From Desulfuromonadales bacterium (GTDB taxonomy: Bacteria > Desulfobacterota > Desulfuromonadia > Desulfuromonadales > JAWOCM01), in contig JAWOCM010000040.1 of assembly GCA_046483795.1 (NCBI GenBank), forward strand, positions 1,803 to 65,802: DNA of 64,000 nucleotides, read 5' to 3'. The position numbers were made by a program, and so were the translations under genes. Positions 30,267 through 40,527 of the stretch are shown here, piece by piece. Positions within the stretch are counted from its first letter, which is position 1, and each line of letters starts with the position of its first letter. The notes beneath the pieces are model-generated. The model saw only the letters and a list, made by a program, of their open reading frames with translations. It was not told where the DNA came from and did no database searches.

Positions 30267-31472
30267 ATGAAATACATTGTACTTTTAGGTGACGGAATGG
30301 CCGACGAACCCGTAGAGGCCCTTGAAGGCAAGACCCCTCTTCAGGCCGCCGATACACCGAACATGGACCGTCTCGCTCGCTCGGGACGGGTCGGTATGGT
30401 TCACACGGTCCCCGATGGATTTCACCCCGGCAGCGATGTCGCAAATCTGTCGGTTTTCGGCTACGATCCCCGCCGATGCTATAGCGGCCGTTCCCCGATC
30501 GAGGCGGCCAGCATGGGGATCGAACTGGGCAAAAACGATGTGGCCTTTCGTCTCAATCTGGTCTATCTGGTGGCCAACTACGGAAAGCTCTACATGGCGG
30601 ATTTTTCCGCCGGGCATATCTCCACAGAAGAGGGAAGAGAGATCGTGGAAAGTCTTCAGGCCGAACTCGGCGATGAAGAGTTCCAGTTTTATCCCGGCGT
30701 CTCCTACCGTCATCTCATGGTCTGGCGCGGCGGCAAGGATAAAATGCATACCGCTCCCCCGCACGACCTGACCGGCCGGAGTATCGAGGACAGCCTGCCG
30801 ACGGGGGAGGGGGCAGCCGAGCTGGTGAACCTGATGAATTCTTCGCAGATGCTGCTCAAGCGCCATCCGGTCAATCTGCGCCGCGAGGAAAAGGATCTGC
30901 CGAGCGCCAACTCGATCTGGCTGTGGGGCCAGGGACGAGCGCCGGAACTGGAGACCTACGCCGAGATGTTCGGAGTGAGCGGCGCTGTGATCTCGGCGGT
31001 TGACCTGATCAAGGGGATCGGAGTCTACGCCGGCCTCGATATTATCGACGTTCCAGGTGCAACAGGCTATCTCGATACCAACTATCGCGGCAAGGCGGAG
31101 TACGCTCTTGAGGCCCTCAAAAGCCGTGATTTCGTGTATCTTCATGTCGAAGCCCCCGACGAAGCGGCTCACGGCGGGATGCTGGAGGAAAAAATCAGGG
31201 CGATTGAAAACTTCGACCGTGAGGTGGTTGCCACCGTAGCCGCCGGCATCGGCTCTCTCGGGGATTACAGCATTCTGGTCCTCCCTGACCATCCGACGCC
31301 GGTGGAGAAAATGACGCACACCTCGGACGCCGTTCCGTTCATCCTCTACGCACCGGACAACCTTTCCGTGCGGGGGCAAAGCGCCGAGCATTACGATGAA
31401 GCATCCGCTGCGGCAACCGGCGACGTCGTCGAGGACGGGCACAGACTCATTGCCCAGATGTTCCGGGACTGA
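30267..31472 (+). CDS. apgM: Cofactor-independent phosphoglycerate mutase (ApgM type)
   Basis: GDGMAD, TPLQ, PGSDVANL, HVEAPDEAAH, PDHPTP, THT. Confidence 0.9.
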   Translation: MKYIVLLGDGMADEPVEALEGKTPLQAADTPNMDRLARSGRVGMVHTVPDGFHPGSDVANLSVFGYDPRRCYSGRSPIEAASMGIELGKNDVAFRLNLVYLVANYGKLYMADFSAGHISTEEGREIVESLQAELGDEEFQFYPGVSYRHLMVWRGGKDKMHTAPPHDLTGRSIEDSLPTGEGAAELVNLMNSSQMLLKRHPVNLRREEKDLPSANSIWLWGQGRAPELETYAEMFGVSGAVISAVDLIKGIGVYAGLDIIDVPGATGYLDTNYRGKAEYALEALKSRDFVYLHVEAPDEAAHGGMLEEKIRAIENFDREVVATVAAGIGSLGDYSILVLPDHPTPVEKMTHTSDAVPFILYAPDNLSVRGQSAEHYDEASAAATGDVVEDGHRLIAQMFRD

Positions 31473-31591
31473 CCCTGTCGCAGGGCGTCTGTTTTGTTCC
31501 CTACAATCCGGAACCGTATTTCATTGACCTTCAGAGCGGGCCTTTGCTATTTTTGGGGGATATCATCCCAACGGAAAAGAAGGACCTTTTC

Positions 31592-31822
31592 ATGGAAAAA
31601 ATTGTCATTAACGAGCTGCTCTGCAAGGGATGCGCCCTTTGCACGACCGTTTGCCCCAGGGATCTGATCGAGCTCAGCGACAAGCTGAACAAGGTCGGTT
31701 TTCTGCCTGCGGTCATTTCCGATGAAAATCAACAGAAATGCACTTCCTGCGCCATGTGTGCGCAGATATGCCCCGATGTCGCCATCGATGTGTTCCGTGA
31801 AGACACACAGGCGAAATCCTGA
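31592..31822 (+). CDS. 2-oxoacid:ferredoxin oxidoreductase delta subunit (2x4Fe-4S)
   Basis: CKGCALCTTVCP, CTSCAMCAQICP; AAGGA RBS. Confidence 0.92.
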   Translation: MEKIVINELLCKGCALCTTVCPRDLIELSDKLNKVGFLPAVISDENQQKCTSCAMCAQICPDVAIDVFREDTQAKS

Positions 31823-31834
31823 CGGGAGGACAGA

Positions 31835-32899
31835 TTGAAGGACCGCATACTCGTTGCCGGCAATGTGGCTGTAGCCATGGGAGCCATCGAAGCCGGTTGT
31901 CGATACTACTTCGGCTACCCGATCACGCCGCAGAGCGACATTCCGGAATATATGTCCCGTGAATTGCCGAAAGTCGGGGGGCAATTCATCCAGGCCGAAA
32001 GCGAAATCGCCTCGATCAACATGCTGCTCGGCGCCAGTGCCTGCGGCGCCCGTGCGATGACCTCCTCTTCCAGTCCGGGGATTTCCCTGAAACAGGAAGG
32101 GATCTCCTACATGGCCGGCAGCGAACTGCCGGGGCTGGTGGTCAATATCGCCCGTTCCGGTCCCGGACTGGGCGGTATCGATGCGTCCCAGGCCGATTAT
32201 TTCCAGGCCGTCAAGAGCGGAGGGCACGGCGGTTACAAGATGATCGTGGTCGCTCCCGATTCGGTCCAGGAGATGTACGACCTGGCCATGCTGGCGTTCG
32301 ACCTCTCCGACAAATATCGCGTTCCCGCCATGCTTCTGGCCGATGCTATGATCGGACAGATGAAAGAAGCGCTGGCGCTGCATCCGCGTCCCGATACCGA
32401 TCTTCCCGAGAAGGACTGGATTGTGACCGGAAAGGGCACGCACGGCGGACAGCGCATCGTCAAGTCCCTGTTTCTCGGCGACGGCGAGCTCGAGCGGCAC
32501 AACTGGCGCCTGCACGCCCGATACGATGAACTCAGGGAAAAGGAGTCCCGCCATGAAGGGGTCGATCTGGAGGACGCTGATCTGGTCGTGACCGCCTATG
32601 GTTCCGCGGCGCGGATAGCCAAAACCGCCATTGCCATGGCCCGCCGTGAAGGGTTGAAAGTCGGCCTGCTGCGGCCGATTACCGTCTTCCCTTTTCCCGA
32701 AAAAGCCTTTCAGGACGCAACGCAACGCTGCAAGAAAGTGCTTTGCATCGAGCTGAGTAACGGTCAGATGGTCGAGGACGTGAGGCTCTCGGTCAGCCGA
32801 GACGCCGATGTCGCCTTTTACGGCCGCCCTCCAGGAACGGGGTCACTGCCGACCCCGGAAGAGCTCTTCGAACAGATTCGCAAGCATTGCAAGGCATAG
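31835..32899 (+). CDS. vorB: 2-oxoisovalerate:ferredoxin oxidoreductase alpha-type subunit
   Basis: GYPITPQS, QAESE, TSSSSPGISLKQE, RSGPGLG; TTG start after GGAGG. Confidence 0.85.
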   Translation: MKDRILVAGNVAVAMGAIEAGCRYYFGYPITPQSDIPEYMSRELPKVGGQFIQAESEIASINMLLGASACGARAMTSSSSPGISLKQEGISYMAGSELPGLVVNIARSGPGLGGIDASQADYFQAVKSGGHGGYKMIVVAPDSVQEMYDLAMLAFDLSDKYRVPAMLLADAMIGQMKEALALHPRPDTDLPEKDWIVTGKGTHGGQRIVKSLFLGDGELERHNWRLHARYDELREKESRHEGVDLEDADLVVTAYGSAARIAKTAIAMARREGLKVGLLRPITVFPFPEKAFQDATQRCKKVLCIELSNGQMVEDVRLSVSRDADVAFYGRPPGTGSLPTPEELFEQIRKHCKA

Positions 32900-32909
32900 A
32901 ACAGGATAT

Positions 32910-33653
32910 ATGATGAAACAGGTATTTGCCGCTCCGGCTTCTCTCAAGAAGGTCCAGACCCATTTCTGCCCGGGATGTCAGCACGGTCTGATTCATCGGC
33001 TGGTCGGGGACGCCATGGATCATTTCGACGTGCAGCAGGAGACCATCGGCGTTGCCTCGGTCGGCTGCAGCGTTTTTCTCTACGAATATTTCGATATCGA
33101 CGTGGTTGAAGCTCCTCACGGTCGGGCTCCCGCAGTGGCGACCGGTGTGAAGAGAGTCTACGACGACAAGGTCGTCTTCACCTACCAGGGCGACGGAGAC
33201 CTTGCGGCGATCGGCACCAGCGAGATCATCCACGCCGCCAACCGGGGTGAGAATTTTACCGCCCTGTTCGTCAACAATACCACCTACGGCATGACGGGCG
33301 GCCAGATGGCTCCCACCAGCCTGCCGGGGCAGCGCACAAGCACGTCATCCAGCGGACGTGACGTCCAGGTCGACGGATATCCGATCCGCATGTCCGAGCT
33401 CATGGCCGGTCTCGAAGGCGTATCCTACTCGGTCCGCGTCGCCGTCAACACGCCGCAGAACGTCATCAAGGCCGGCAAGGCGATCCGCAAGGCCTTCGAT
33501 CTGCAGTTGCAGGGCAGGGGCTTTGCCTTCGTCGAGGTTCTCGCATCGTGCCCCACCAACTGGGGGATGAATCCCATCGAAGCCAACGAACGAATCGCAG
33601 CGGAAATGATTCCCTATTTTCCGCTCGGGACGTATAAAGACTTCAGCGCATAG
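32910..33653 (+). CDS. 2-oxoacid:ferredoxin oxidoreductase beta (TPP-binding) subunit
   Basis: HFCPGCQHG, VGCS, QGDGD...NNTTYGMTGGQ, SCPTNW. Confidence 0.92.
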   Translation: MMKQVFAAPASLKKVQTHFCPGCQHGLIHRLVGDAMDHFDVQQETIGVASVGCSVFLYEYFDIDVVEAPHGRAPAVATGVKRVYDDKVVFTYQGDGDLAAIGTSEIIHAANRGENFTALFVNNTTYGMTGGQMAPTSLPGQRTSTSSSGRDVQVDGYPIRMSELMAGLEGVSYSVRVAVNTPQNVIKAGKAIRKAFDLQLQGRGFAFVEVLASCPTNWGMNPIEANERIAAEMIPYFPLGTYKDFSA

Positions 33654-33728
33654 GAGACTGTCTTCGTTGAACTCCGCCCCGTGCGTCCGGCGGTTTCCGA
33701 AGACAAAAAGCGGAGAGGCGAAATTGCC

Positions 33729-34283
33729 ATGAACAATAATGTTTTCATGTCTGGCTTCGGCGGCCAGGGGATTCTGCTCATCGGAACTCTCCTGTCCTAT
33801 GCCGGGATCATCGAGGACAAGAACGTGAGTTACTATCCTTCCTATGGCGTAGAGAAACGAGGAGGAGCAGCAAACTGCACTATCGTCGTGGCCGACGGCG
33901 AGGTGGGTTCGCCGGTGATCGGCCACCCCGATGCAGGGCTCTTGCTGAACCAGACAGCCTATGACAAATATTTCGACACTATCCGTCCCAACGGCTTCTG
34001 TCTGCTCAACACCAGCCTGATCGAGGAAAATCCCGATGGGCGAAACGATCTGGATGTATTGCGGATGCCGATCAATGAAAAGGCTCTTGAGATCGGTGAC
34101 GCCCGTCTGGTCAATATGCTGACGATCGGCGCTTATGCCGAACGTACCGGCACGGTCGGCCTCGACAGCCTGAAGGAGGCCCTGAAGCTGGTCCTGCCGG
34201 AACGCAATCACCGCTTTATTCCCTTGAACCACAAGGCACTCGATTCCGGCGCCGAATTCGCCCGGCAGCAGGCCGCGGGTTAA
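33729..34283 (+). CDS. 2-oxoacid:ferredoxin oxidoreductase gamma subunit
   Basis: SGFGGQG, PSYGVEKRGG, NMLTIGA. Confidence 0.92.
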   Translation: MNNNVFMSGFGGQGILLIGTLLSYAGIIEDKNVSYYPSYGVEKRGGAANCTIVVADGEVGSPVIGHPDAGLLLNQTAYDKYFDTIRPNGFCLLNTSLIEENPDGRNDLDVLRMPINEKALEIGDARLVNMLTIGAYAERTGTVGLDSLKEALKLVLPERNHRFIPLNHKALDSGAEFARQQAAG

Positions 34284-34386
34284 ACATTTTCGAACGGAAA
34301 CATGTTTGTGACGGCCGGGCACTGACAAGGTGGACCGGCCGTTGTGTTGTGGATTTCCAGCACTGTATTGAACAGCGGGAGGCGGC

Positions 34387-34806
34387 ATGACACGTGTGGA
34401 TTTCGTCCGTTTAAAGAAGCCTGAAAAGGCCAGACATCTGTGCGAGTTGGCCGAAAGGTACTTCCAGAAAGGGCAGAGGTCGCTGGTCTCGGTCCTCGAT
34501 GATAATCAGGGAGTGACCCTCGATCGTTTTATGTGGACCTGGAAGAAGGGCTCCTTTGTACCGCACTGTTTCGACAACGGCGCCGTCGAGTGTCTTGAAG
34601 ATCCAGTGGCGATCGTCACCGAAGAGAGCAATCCCAACAATGCCAGCATCCTGATTATGGGCAAACCCCTCGATATGGAATTCATGCGCCAGTTCGAACA
34701 TGTCTTCGATTTTGCCGAACTCTATGACGACGAATTGGCGCAGCAGTCCCGGAAGCGCTTCGCCGCGTATCGCCAGGCTGGATTCGATGTCCGGATGCAT
34801 CCATAG
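34387..34806 (+). CDS. holC: DNA polymerase III chi subunit
   Basis: LDRFMWTWKKGSFVPH, SRKRFAAYRQAG. Confidence 0.85.
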   Translation: MTRVDFVRLKKPEKARHLCELAERYFQKGQRSLVSVLDDNQGVTLDRFMWTWKKGSFVPHCFDNGAVECLEDPVAIVTEESNPNNASILIMGKPLDMEFMRQFEHVFDFAELYDDELAQQSRKRFAAYRQAGFDVRMHP

Positions 34807-34889
34807 GGGCCAACTGGACAACCGGGAGATGATTCCCGAACTTTTGCCGGTTTGACACAGGATGTTTCAGGCATTCAGAGGGATTATTA

Positions 34890-35633
34890 GTGAATTTCGA
34901 TAACGTTTCCATTGTACTTGTTGAACCGCAGGGCGATCGCAATATCGGTTCCGTTTGCCGGGCGATGATGAATTTCGGTTTTTGCGATCTGCGACTGGTC
35001 AACCCTCAGGTCGACCATCGCGCCCATGAGGCCCGCCAGATGGCAGTCAAAGCTGGACGCTTGCTCGACGGGGCCCACGTCTTCGACAGCCTTGATTCAG
35101 CGCTTGCAGACTGCCGCCTTGCGATCGGAACGACACGCCGTTTCGGCAAATATCGCGAGGCGTTTCTCTCCCCGGAGCAGGCCGCCCGCACTGCTTCGGG
35201 TTCGAGCAGCGAAGGCCGCGTCGCGTTGGTGTTCGGTCGCGAAGACCGTGGTCTGCATGCTGATGAAATCGCACTCTGCCATCTCTATCTGACGATCCCG
35301 ACCCGCCCGGAATTGCCGTCGATGAACCTGGCGCAGGCGGTTTCCCTCTGTCTGTACGAATTCGGCAAGATGGCGGACGAGGCGGAGGATGTTCCCGCCG
35401 CTCCGAAAAGGGCGCCGGTTGAAGAGGTCGAAGCGCTGTTCGCCCATATGAAGAAGAGCCTTCTCGATATCGAATTTCTCGATCCCGCCAACCCCGATCA
35501 CATCCTTCGAGCTTTACGCCGCATTTTCGGTCGCTCTGGACTCTCCGCCCGTGATATTCGGATCTTGCGAGGACTGTTCAGTCGCATTGACTGGGTTGAG
35601 GCGGAACGCCGACGACTTGCCGATACAGACTGA
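34890..35633 (+). CDS. SPOUT tRNA methyltransferase (TrmJ/LasT family)
   Basis: VLVEP..NIGSVCRAMMNFG, VFGREDRGL, SMNLAQAV. Confidence 0.92.
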   Translation: MNFDNVSIVLVEPQGDRNIGSVCRAMMNFGFCDLRLVNPQVDHRAHEARQMAVKAGRLLDGAHVFDSLDSALADCRLAIGTTRRFGKYREAFLSPEQAARTASGSSSEGRVALVFGREDRGLHADEIALCHLYLTIPTRPELPSMNLAQAVSLCLYEFGKMADEAEDVPAAPKRAPVEEVEALFAHMKKSLLDIEFLDPANPDHILRALRRIFGRSGLSARDIRILRGLFSRIDWVEAERRRLADTD

Positions 35634-35647
35634 CCAGGAGATCGAAT

Positions 35648-36040
35648 ATGGAATTACTGCGACAGGAACGACTTTCCAATGGACTGGTCCTCGAATTTCA
35701 TGACGCCTCCAACCGTTATTTTGGCGACTATCACCGCTTGCATATCGAGATGGAGTGCCGCATGGCGCTTGACAGGTCCTTCACGCCGCTGGCTTCTCTC
35801 TCCGGGGAGATTATTGACCAGGCCCGAAGCATGTTCGGCGACTTTCTCCAATTCCGGGGTGAATTGACCCGGATGGGCGTCTCCGGAGCGGATCTCGAGC
35901 AGACCCGCGGCCGTATGATCGAGGACTTCATGTCAACCAGCGGACGTTATATTTCCGGCGATGAGTTCCCCGCCCGGTTCGTCCAGCGCCGACTTGAACA
36001 AGCCCGCAAGAAGAAACGCTTCGTTCCCAGGATCCTATGA
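35648..36040 (+). CDS. Hypothetical protein
   Basis: AGGAG RBS; NRYFGDYH; ATGA overlap with the next gene. Confidence 0.8.
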   Translation: MELLRQERLSNGLVLEFHDASNRYFGDYHRLHIEMECRMALDRSFTPLASLSGEIIDQARSMFGDFLQFRGELTRMGVSGADLEQTRGRMIEDFMSTSGRYISGDEFPARFVQRRLEQARKKKRFVPRIL

Positions 36041-37335
36041 GTGAAACGACGATAGATATCGATTCCCTCGCCTACGGCGGCAACGGGGTGGGTCGAATGG
36101 ACGGCAAAGCGGTTTTTGTCCCTTTCACAGCTCCTGGGGACAGGGCCCGCATCAATCTGGTCCGGCAGAAAAAGAACTATGCCGAAGGCGAACTTGTCGA
36201 TCTCCTACGCCCTGCCGCACAGAGGCGTCCACCAGCCTGTCCGGTATTCGGCCGCTGTGGCGGTTGCCAGTGGCAGCATCTTCCCTATTCCGACCAGATG
36301 CTGTGGAAGGCGGAGATCTTCGCCCAGACCCTCCAGCGGCAGGCGGGGATCGACCCTGCTTTGGTGCAGCCTCCCGTTGCCGCTCCTGACGAGTGGAATT
36401 ACCGCAGCCGGGTTCAGTTCAAATGTCGCCAGACAAAAGATGGCTTCGTCATCGGTTTCTATCGCCGCCGCAGCCATTTCGTCATCGACGTTGAGCACTG
36501 TCCCGTCGCCAGTGCGGGGATAAACCGCTTCCTTTCCCTGCTGCGTCGCGAACTGCCGCAACTGTGCGAACCGGATCGCGTGCCGCAGGTTGATGTCTCC
36601 GAGGGTGATGACGGGGCTTTGCGTATCGTCCTGCACTACCGGGGAGAAGAGCAGGGACGTATGGCCCGTGAGCTTGCCTCCCTCTCGCAAAAAGCAGGGG
36701 CTGCAGTCTTTCTGCAGACCGGCGGCAATGAGGACTTGCGGAAAGTTTCGGGTCCCGACCATCTCGTCGTCGTCCCGCAGCGCCACCCTGAACTGAAGTT
36801 GAAATATGCTGCCGGCGGTTTCGCCCAGGTCAATCTGGAACAGAATCGAAAGCTTGTGGATGCCGTCACCGGGGCCCTTCCGTTTAACGGGAACGAACGG
36901 GTGCTCGATCTCTTCTGCGGCATGGGGAATTTTTCTCTCCCCCTGGCCGGCCATGTGCGAGAGGTGGTCGGCGTGGAAGAATCAGCTGCCTCGATTGCGT
37001 TCGGACGACGAAACGCCCGGGACAACAGCGTCGGAAACGTGGTTTTCCATGGCCGGACTGCGACAGGCGCTCTTGCCGATCTCGATGCTGAGGATCCCTT
37101 CGATCTTGTTATGCTCGATCCACCGCGGCAGGGCGCCAGGGATGTGGTTCGGGAGATCATCAACGTTCGACCATCGCATGTCCTTTATGTGTCCTGCGAT
37201 CCCCCGACCCTGGGGCGCGATCTGAACCTGTTGCTCCAGAACGGGTACCGTCTGATTCAAACAAGGGCGTTTGATCTCTTCCCCCAGACGCATCACATGG
37301 AGAGCCTGTCGATTCTCCAGAAAACTTGTGACTAA
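36037..37335 (+). CDS. rlmD: 23S rRNA m5U methyltransferase (RlmD/RumA)
   Basis: TRAM domain, CPVFGRCGGCQW, FAQVN, DLFCGMG, DPPR, YVSC, DLFPQT. Confidence 0.9.
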   Translation: MSETTIDIDSLAYGGNGVGRMDGKAVFVPFTAPGDRARINLVRQKKNYAEGELVDLLRPAAQRRPPACPVFGRCGGCQWQHLPYSDQMLWKAEIFAQTLQRQAGIDPALVQPPVAAPDEWNYRSRVQFKCRQTKDGFVIGFYRRRSHFVIDVEHCPVASAGINRFLSLLRRELPQLCEPDRVPQVDVSEGDDGALRIVLHYRGEEQGRMARELASLSQKAGAAVFLQTGGNEDLRKVSGPDHLVVVPQRHPELKLKYAAGGFAQVNLEQNRKLVDAVTGALPFNGNERVLDLFCGMGNFSLPLAGHVREVVGVEESAASIAFGRRNARDNSVGNVVFHGRTATGALADLDAEDPFDLVMLDPPRQGARDVVREIINVRPSHVLYVSCDPPTLGRDLNLLLQNGYRLIQTRAFDLFPQTHHMESLSILQKTCD

Positions 37336-37407
37336 TCTCATAGGAATGCTATACTTTCAAGACCCATTCCGGTAAACTTCAGGAAAACTCAATGGAGGGC
37401 TCTGTCT

Positions 37408-38046
37408 ATGTATCGTCATGTTTTTGTGATCGCACTCGCTCTTTTTCTGTTACCGACCACAGCAATCTCCGGTTCCTTTCCCCTCGCTGACGACATTGTG
37501 CTCGAAGTCGAACTGCCCGAAGAAGGCTGGAAGGTCTCGAACGAACCGTCGTCGGCTCTCGTTGAGAACGTTGCCGAACATATGCACCATGATCTCGAGG
37601 ATCAGGGAAGGGATGTTTCTGAAAAGCAGGTGCGTCAAGCCGCAAAAGAGAGGCTCGCTGCAAATGAACTGTTTATCAGCTCCGATAGCGGCGCACATAT
37701 TGAAATCGACATCAGCCCGATCAAATCCGGCAAAAAAGCCCCATCGGACGAGACTGTCAAAGGCTCGGCCCGCTTTGCGGGGCAAAGCATGGCCAGCGAA
37801 GAAGGCGTATCGGAGGCGTCATCGAAGATCAGCGAATTCGACCTGCCTGGAGCTTCGGCTGCCTATCGACTGGATATCGATTTTGTCCGGCACGGAAAAT
37901 CGATGAAATTTCTTGGAGTCATCGGGTTCGAGGATCCATACTGGCTTTATTTCTACGGGACTGACCCTCAGGTGGATCCAAAGGATGCCGACGAGATGGA
38001 ACAGATCTTCGAATCGCTCAGGATCATCAGGGAAAACAGCGACTAG
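37408..38046 (+). CDS. Hypothetical exported protein
   Basis: N-terminal signal peptide; GGAGG RBS. Confidence 0.75.
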   Translation: MYRHVFVIALALFLLPTTAISGSFPLADDIVLEVELPEEGWKVSNEPSSALVENVAEHMHHDLEDQGRDVSEKQVRQAAKERLAANELFISSDSGAHIEIDISPIKSGKKAPSDETVKGSARFAGQSMASEEGVSEASSKISEFDLPGASAAYRLDIDFVRHGKSMKFLGVIGFEDPYWLYFYGTDPQVDPKDADEMEQIFESLRIIRENSD

Positions 38047-38117
38047 AAAGAGCTTTTCTTCTTGAAAAAAGAAAAAATGTGTGGTATTGAAAGGGGGTTT
38101 TTACAATTAGTTCACTG

Positions 38118-38148
38118 AAAAAGTGAGCCTTCAAGCTCACTTTTTTTT
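38118..38148 (+). terminator. rimP-leader premature terminator / attenuator
   Basis: AAAAAGTGAGC-CTTCAA-GCTCAC-T8, lying between a TTGAAA-17-TATTGA promoter (38062-38090) and rimP. Confidence 0.75.
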
Positions 38149-38175
38149 GTTTGTGGGCAGGAGTGCCAAAGGCAG

Positions 38176-38664
38176 ATGGCAGCGGGTTCGATTCGTGAAA
38201 AGTTGGAAAGTCTTATTGAGCCGGTTCTGACGTCTCTCGGTTATGAACTTGTTGACCTTGAGTACCGCCGGGAGGGGCGCGATATGGTCCTGCGGTTTTA
38301 TATCGACTGTGAAGGCGGCGTGACTCTTGATAACTGCGCCGAAGTCAGCTACGAAATCGCCGCCCTGCTCGAGGTGGAAGATATTATTCCCGGCTCTTAT
38401 CGTCTTGAAGTTTCATCTCCCGGTCTCGATCGGCCCTTGAAAAAAAAGCAGGACTTCGATCGTTTCTCCGGCAGTCTCGCCAAGATAAAGATGTTCAACA
38501 GGATCGATCCTGATGAGCGTGGACATGAGCGCAAGACTTTTGTGGGACGCCTGCAGGGCACAAAAAACGAGGCTGTCGTTGTCGATCTGACCGATAAAAA
38601 AGGCGGGACTGTTTTACTGCCTCTCGACGAGATCGAAAGAGCCAATCTGGAAATAGAGATCTGA
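38176..38664 (+). CDS. rimP: Ribosome maturation factor RimP
   Basis: GYELVDLE, GVTLDNC, YRLEVSSPGLDRPL. Confidence 0.97.
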   Translation: MAAGSIREKLESLIEPVLTSLGYELVDLEYRREGRDMVLRFYIDCEGGVTLDNCAEVSYEIAALLEVEDIIPGSYRLEVSSPGLDRPLKKKQDFDRFSGSLAKIKMFNRIDPDERGHERKTFVGRLQGTKNEAVVVDLTDKKGGTVLLPLDEIERANLEIEI

Positions 38665-38736
38665 GAGCAGGACGCTCTCGATAGCAAATAAAAAGACCCT
38701 ACGGGGATATTTTAAGGAAGAATTCAGGGGGATTGG

Positions 38737-39927
38737 ATGGTGACTAACCTCAACCACATCATCGACTCGGTTGTGAAGGATAAAGGCATCGATCGGCAGG
38801 TACTCGTCGAAGCGCTCGAAGCTGCCGTTTTGTCTGCGGCCAACAAGAAGTTTCGCAATACCCGCGATCTTGAAGCTCACTACAACGATGAGGTCGGGGA
38901 AGTGGAGCTTTTTGAATTTGTCACAGTCGTTTCGGAAGTCGAGGATTCCTACAAGGAAATCGATCTGGGCGAAGCACAGGAGATCGATCCCGATGTTGAG
39001 GTTGGCGATTCGCTCGGTATGAAAATGGATGCGTCCGGATTCAGCCGTATTGCCGCCCAGACTGCCAAGCAGGTGATTATTCAAAAGGTTCGCGAAGCCG
39101 AACGTGAGGGTGTCTACAACGAATTCAAGGATCGTCTCGGTGAAGTTGTCAACGGGATTGTCCGTCGCTACGAGCGCGGCGATCTGATTGTCGATCTCGG
39201 CCGTGCCGAGGCCCTTCTGCCCCAGCGTGAGCAGATCCCCCGCGAGAATTATCGCCAGGGCGACCGGGTGCGTGCCATTATTTCCGAGGTCAAGCTCTCG
39301 ACGAAGGGGCCCCAGATTATCCTTTCCCGTACCCATCCGGGGCTGGTGGCGTCCCTCTTCCAGAATGAAGTGCCGGAAATCTCTGAAGGGATCGTCGAAA
39401 TCAAATCCGTCTCTCGCGAACCGGGAAGCCGGGCCAAGATTGCAGTTGTTTCCGAAGATCCCGATGTCGATCCGGTCGGAGCCTGTGTCGGCATGCGCGG
39501 GTCGCGGGTCCAGAATGTGGTTTCCGAACTGCGCGGAGAGAAGATCGACATCATACCCTGGACCCACGATATCGGCCGTTTTGCCTGCTCCGCACTGGCA
39601 CCCGCCGAGGTGACCCGCATCTATGTCGATAACGAAGAAGAGGCGTTGGAGATCATTGTCCCCGACGACCAGCTCTCTCTGGCCATCGGGAAGCGTGGGC
39701 AGAATGTCCGGCTGGCGGCAAAATTGACCGGCTGGAAAATCGATATCAAGAGCGAAAGCCGAGCCGCTGAAGTGGCACTGGAAGAAGAGGCTCTTGAAGA
39801 AGATCAGGAAGAGTTTTCCGACGGCACTGAAACGGCCGAAACGGAGACTGTCGAGCCGGCCGTCGAAGAGTCGACCGATGAGCAAGAATTGGCAGAAGAA
39901 GAGATCGAAGAGGGAAAAAAGGATTAG
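38737..39927 (+). CDS. nusA: Transcription factor NusA
   Basis: [50 protein letters not shown]. Confidence 0.98.
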   Translation: MVTNLNHIIDSVVKDKGIDRQVLVEALEAAVLSAANKKFRNTRDLEAHYNDEVGEVELFEFVTVVSEVEDSYKEIDLGEAQEIDPDVEVGDSLGMKMDASGFSRIAAQTAKQVIIQKVREAEREGVYNEFKDRLGEVVNGIVRRYERGDLIVDLGRAEALLPQREQIPRENYRQGDRVRAIISEVKLSTKGPQIILSRTHPGLVASLFQNEVPEISEGIVEIKSVSREPGSRAKIAVVSEDPDVDPVGACVGMRGSRVQNVVSELRGEKIDIIPWTHDIGRFACSALAPAEVTRIYVDNEEEALEIIVPDDQLSLAIGKRGQNVRLAAKLTGWKIDIKSESRAAEVALEEEALEEDQEEFSDGTETAETETVEPAVEESTDEQELAEEEIEEGKKD

Positions 39928-39930
39928 GGT

Positions 39931-40527
39931 TTGAGCGCTGCGACAGAGAGTTCCCTGCGGACCTGCCTCGGATGTCGACAGGTCCTTGAGAAAAAAGATC
40001 TTTTGCGCTATGTTGTCTCGCCGCAGGAAGAACTTCTGGTCGATTATCTGAGTAAATTGCCCGGCCGCGGAGCTTATACCTGCCTTTCCCCCCACTGCTT
40101 GGAGAAAGCAGTGAAGCGAGGACAGTTCCGCAGATCCTTCAAGAGGGATTTCAGGCCTCCCGAGGCTGATCGGCTGATCGAGGATCTGAGGCGGCAAGTT
40201 ACAGGACGCGTTGAAAGTTTGATCGGCATGGCCCGAAAGTCGGGAGAGCTGATCGTGGGGAGCAATCAGGTTCTGGACAGCGTGGCTGGTAGAGAAGCCT
40301 TGTCTTTCGTTCTCTGCGCCGAAGATATGTCAGCCGGAATTGCGGCCAAACTTGAAGCAAGTACGCGGAAAAAGGGAACCAGACTCTACAGGAAGTTCAG
40401 CAAAGACAAACTGGGAAAAATGCTGGGTCGAGACGAAGTCAGCGTGGTGGGCTTGAAAAAAAGTACGCTGGCGGACTCTCTCGAACTGGAATTTAAAAGA
40501 TACCAGCAGATTACAGAGGGGCTTTAA
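39931..40527 (+). CDS. YlxR (DUF448) fused to an L7Ae/YlxQ-like domain
   Basis: RTCLGCR..K..LLR..GRGAYTC...C, then IGMARKSG...LGKMLGR. Confidence 0.85.
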   Translation: MSAATESSLRTCLGCRQVLEKKDLLRYVVSPQEELLVDYLSKLPGRGAYTCLSPHCLEKAVKRGQFRRSFKRDFRPPEADRLIEDLRRQVTGRVESLIGMARKSGELIVGSNQVLDSVAGREALSFVLCAEDMSAGIAAKLEASTRKKGTRLYRKFSKDKLGKMLGRDEVSVVGLKKSTLADSLELEFKRYQQITEGL

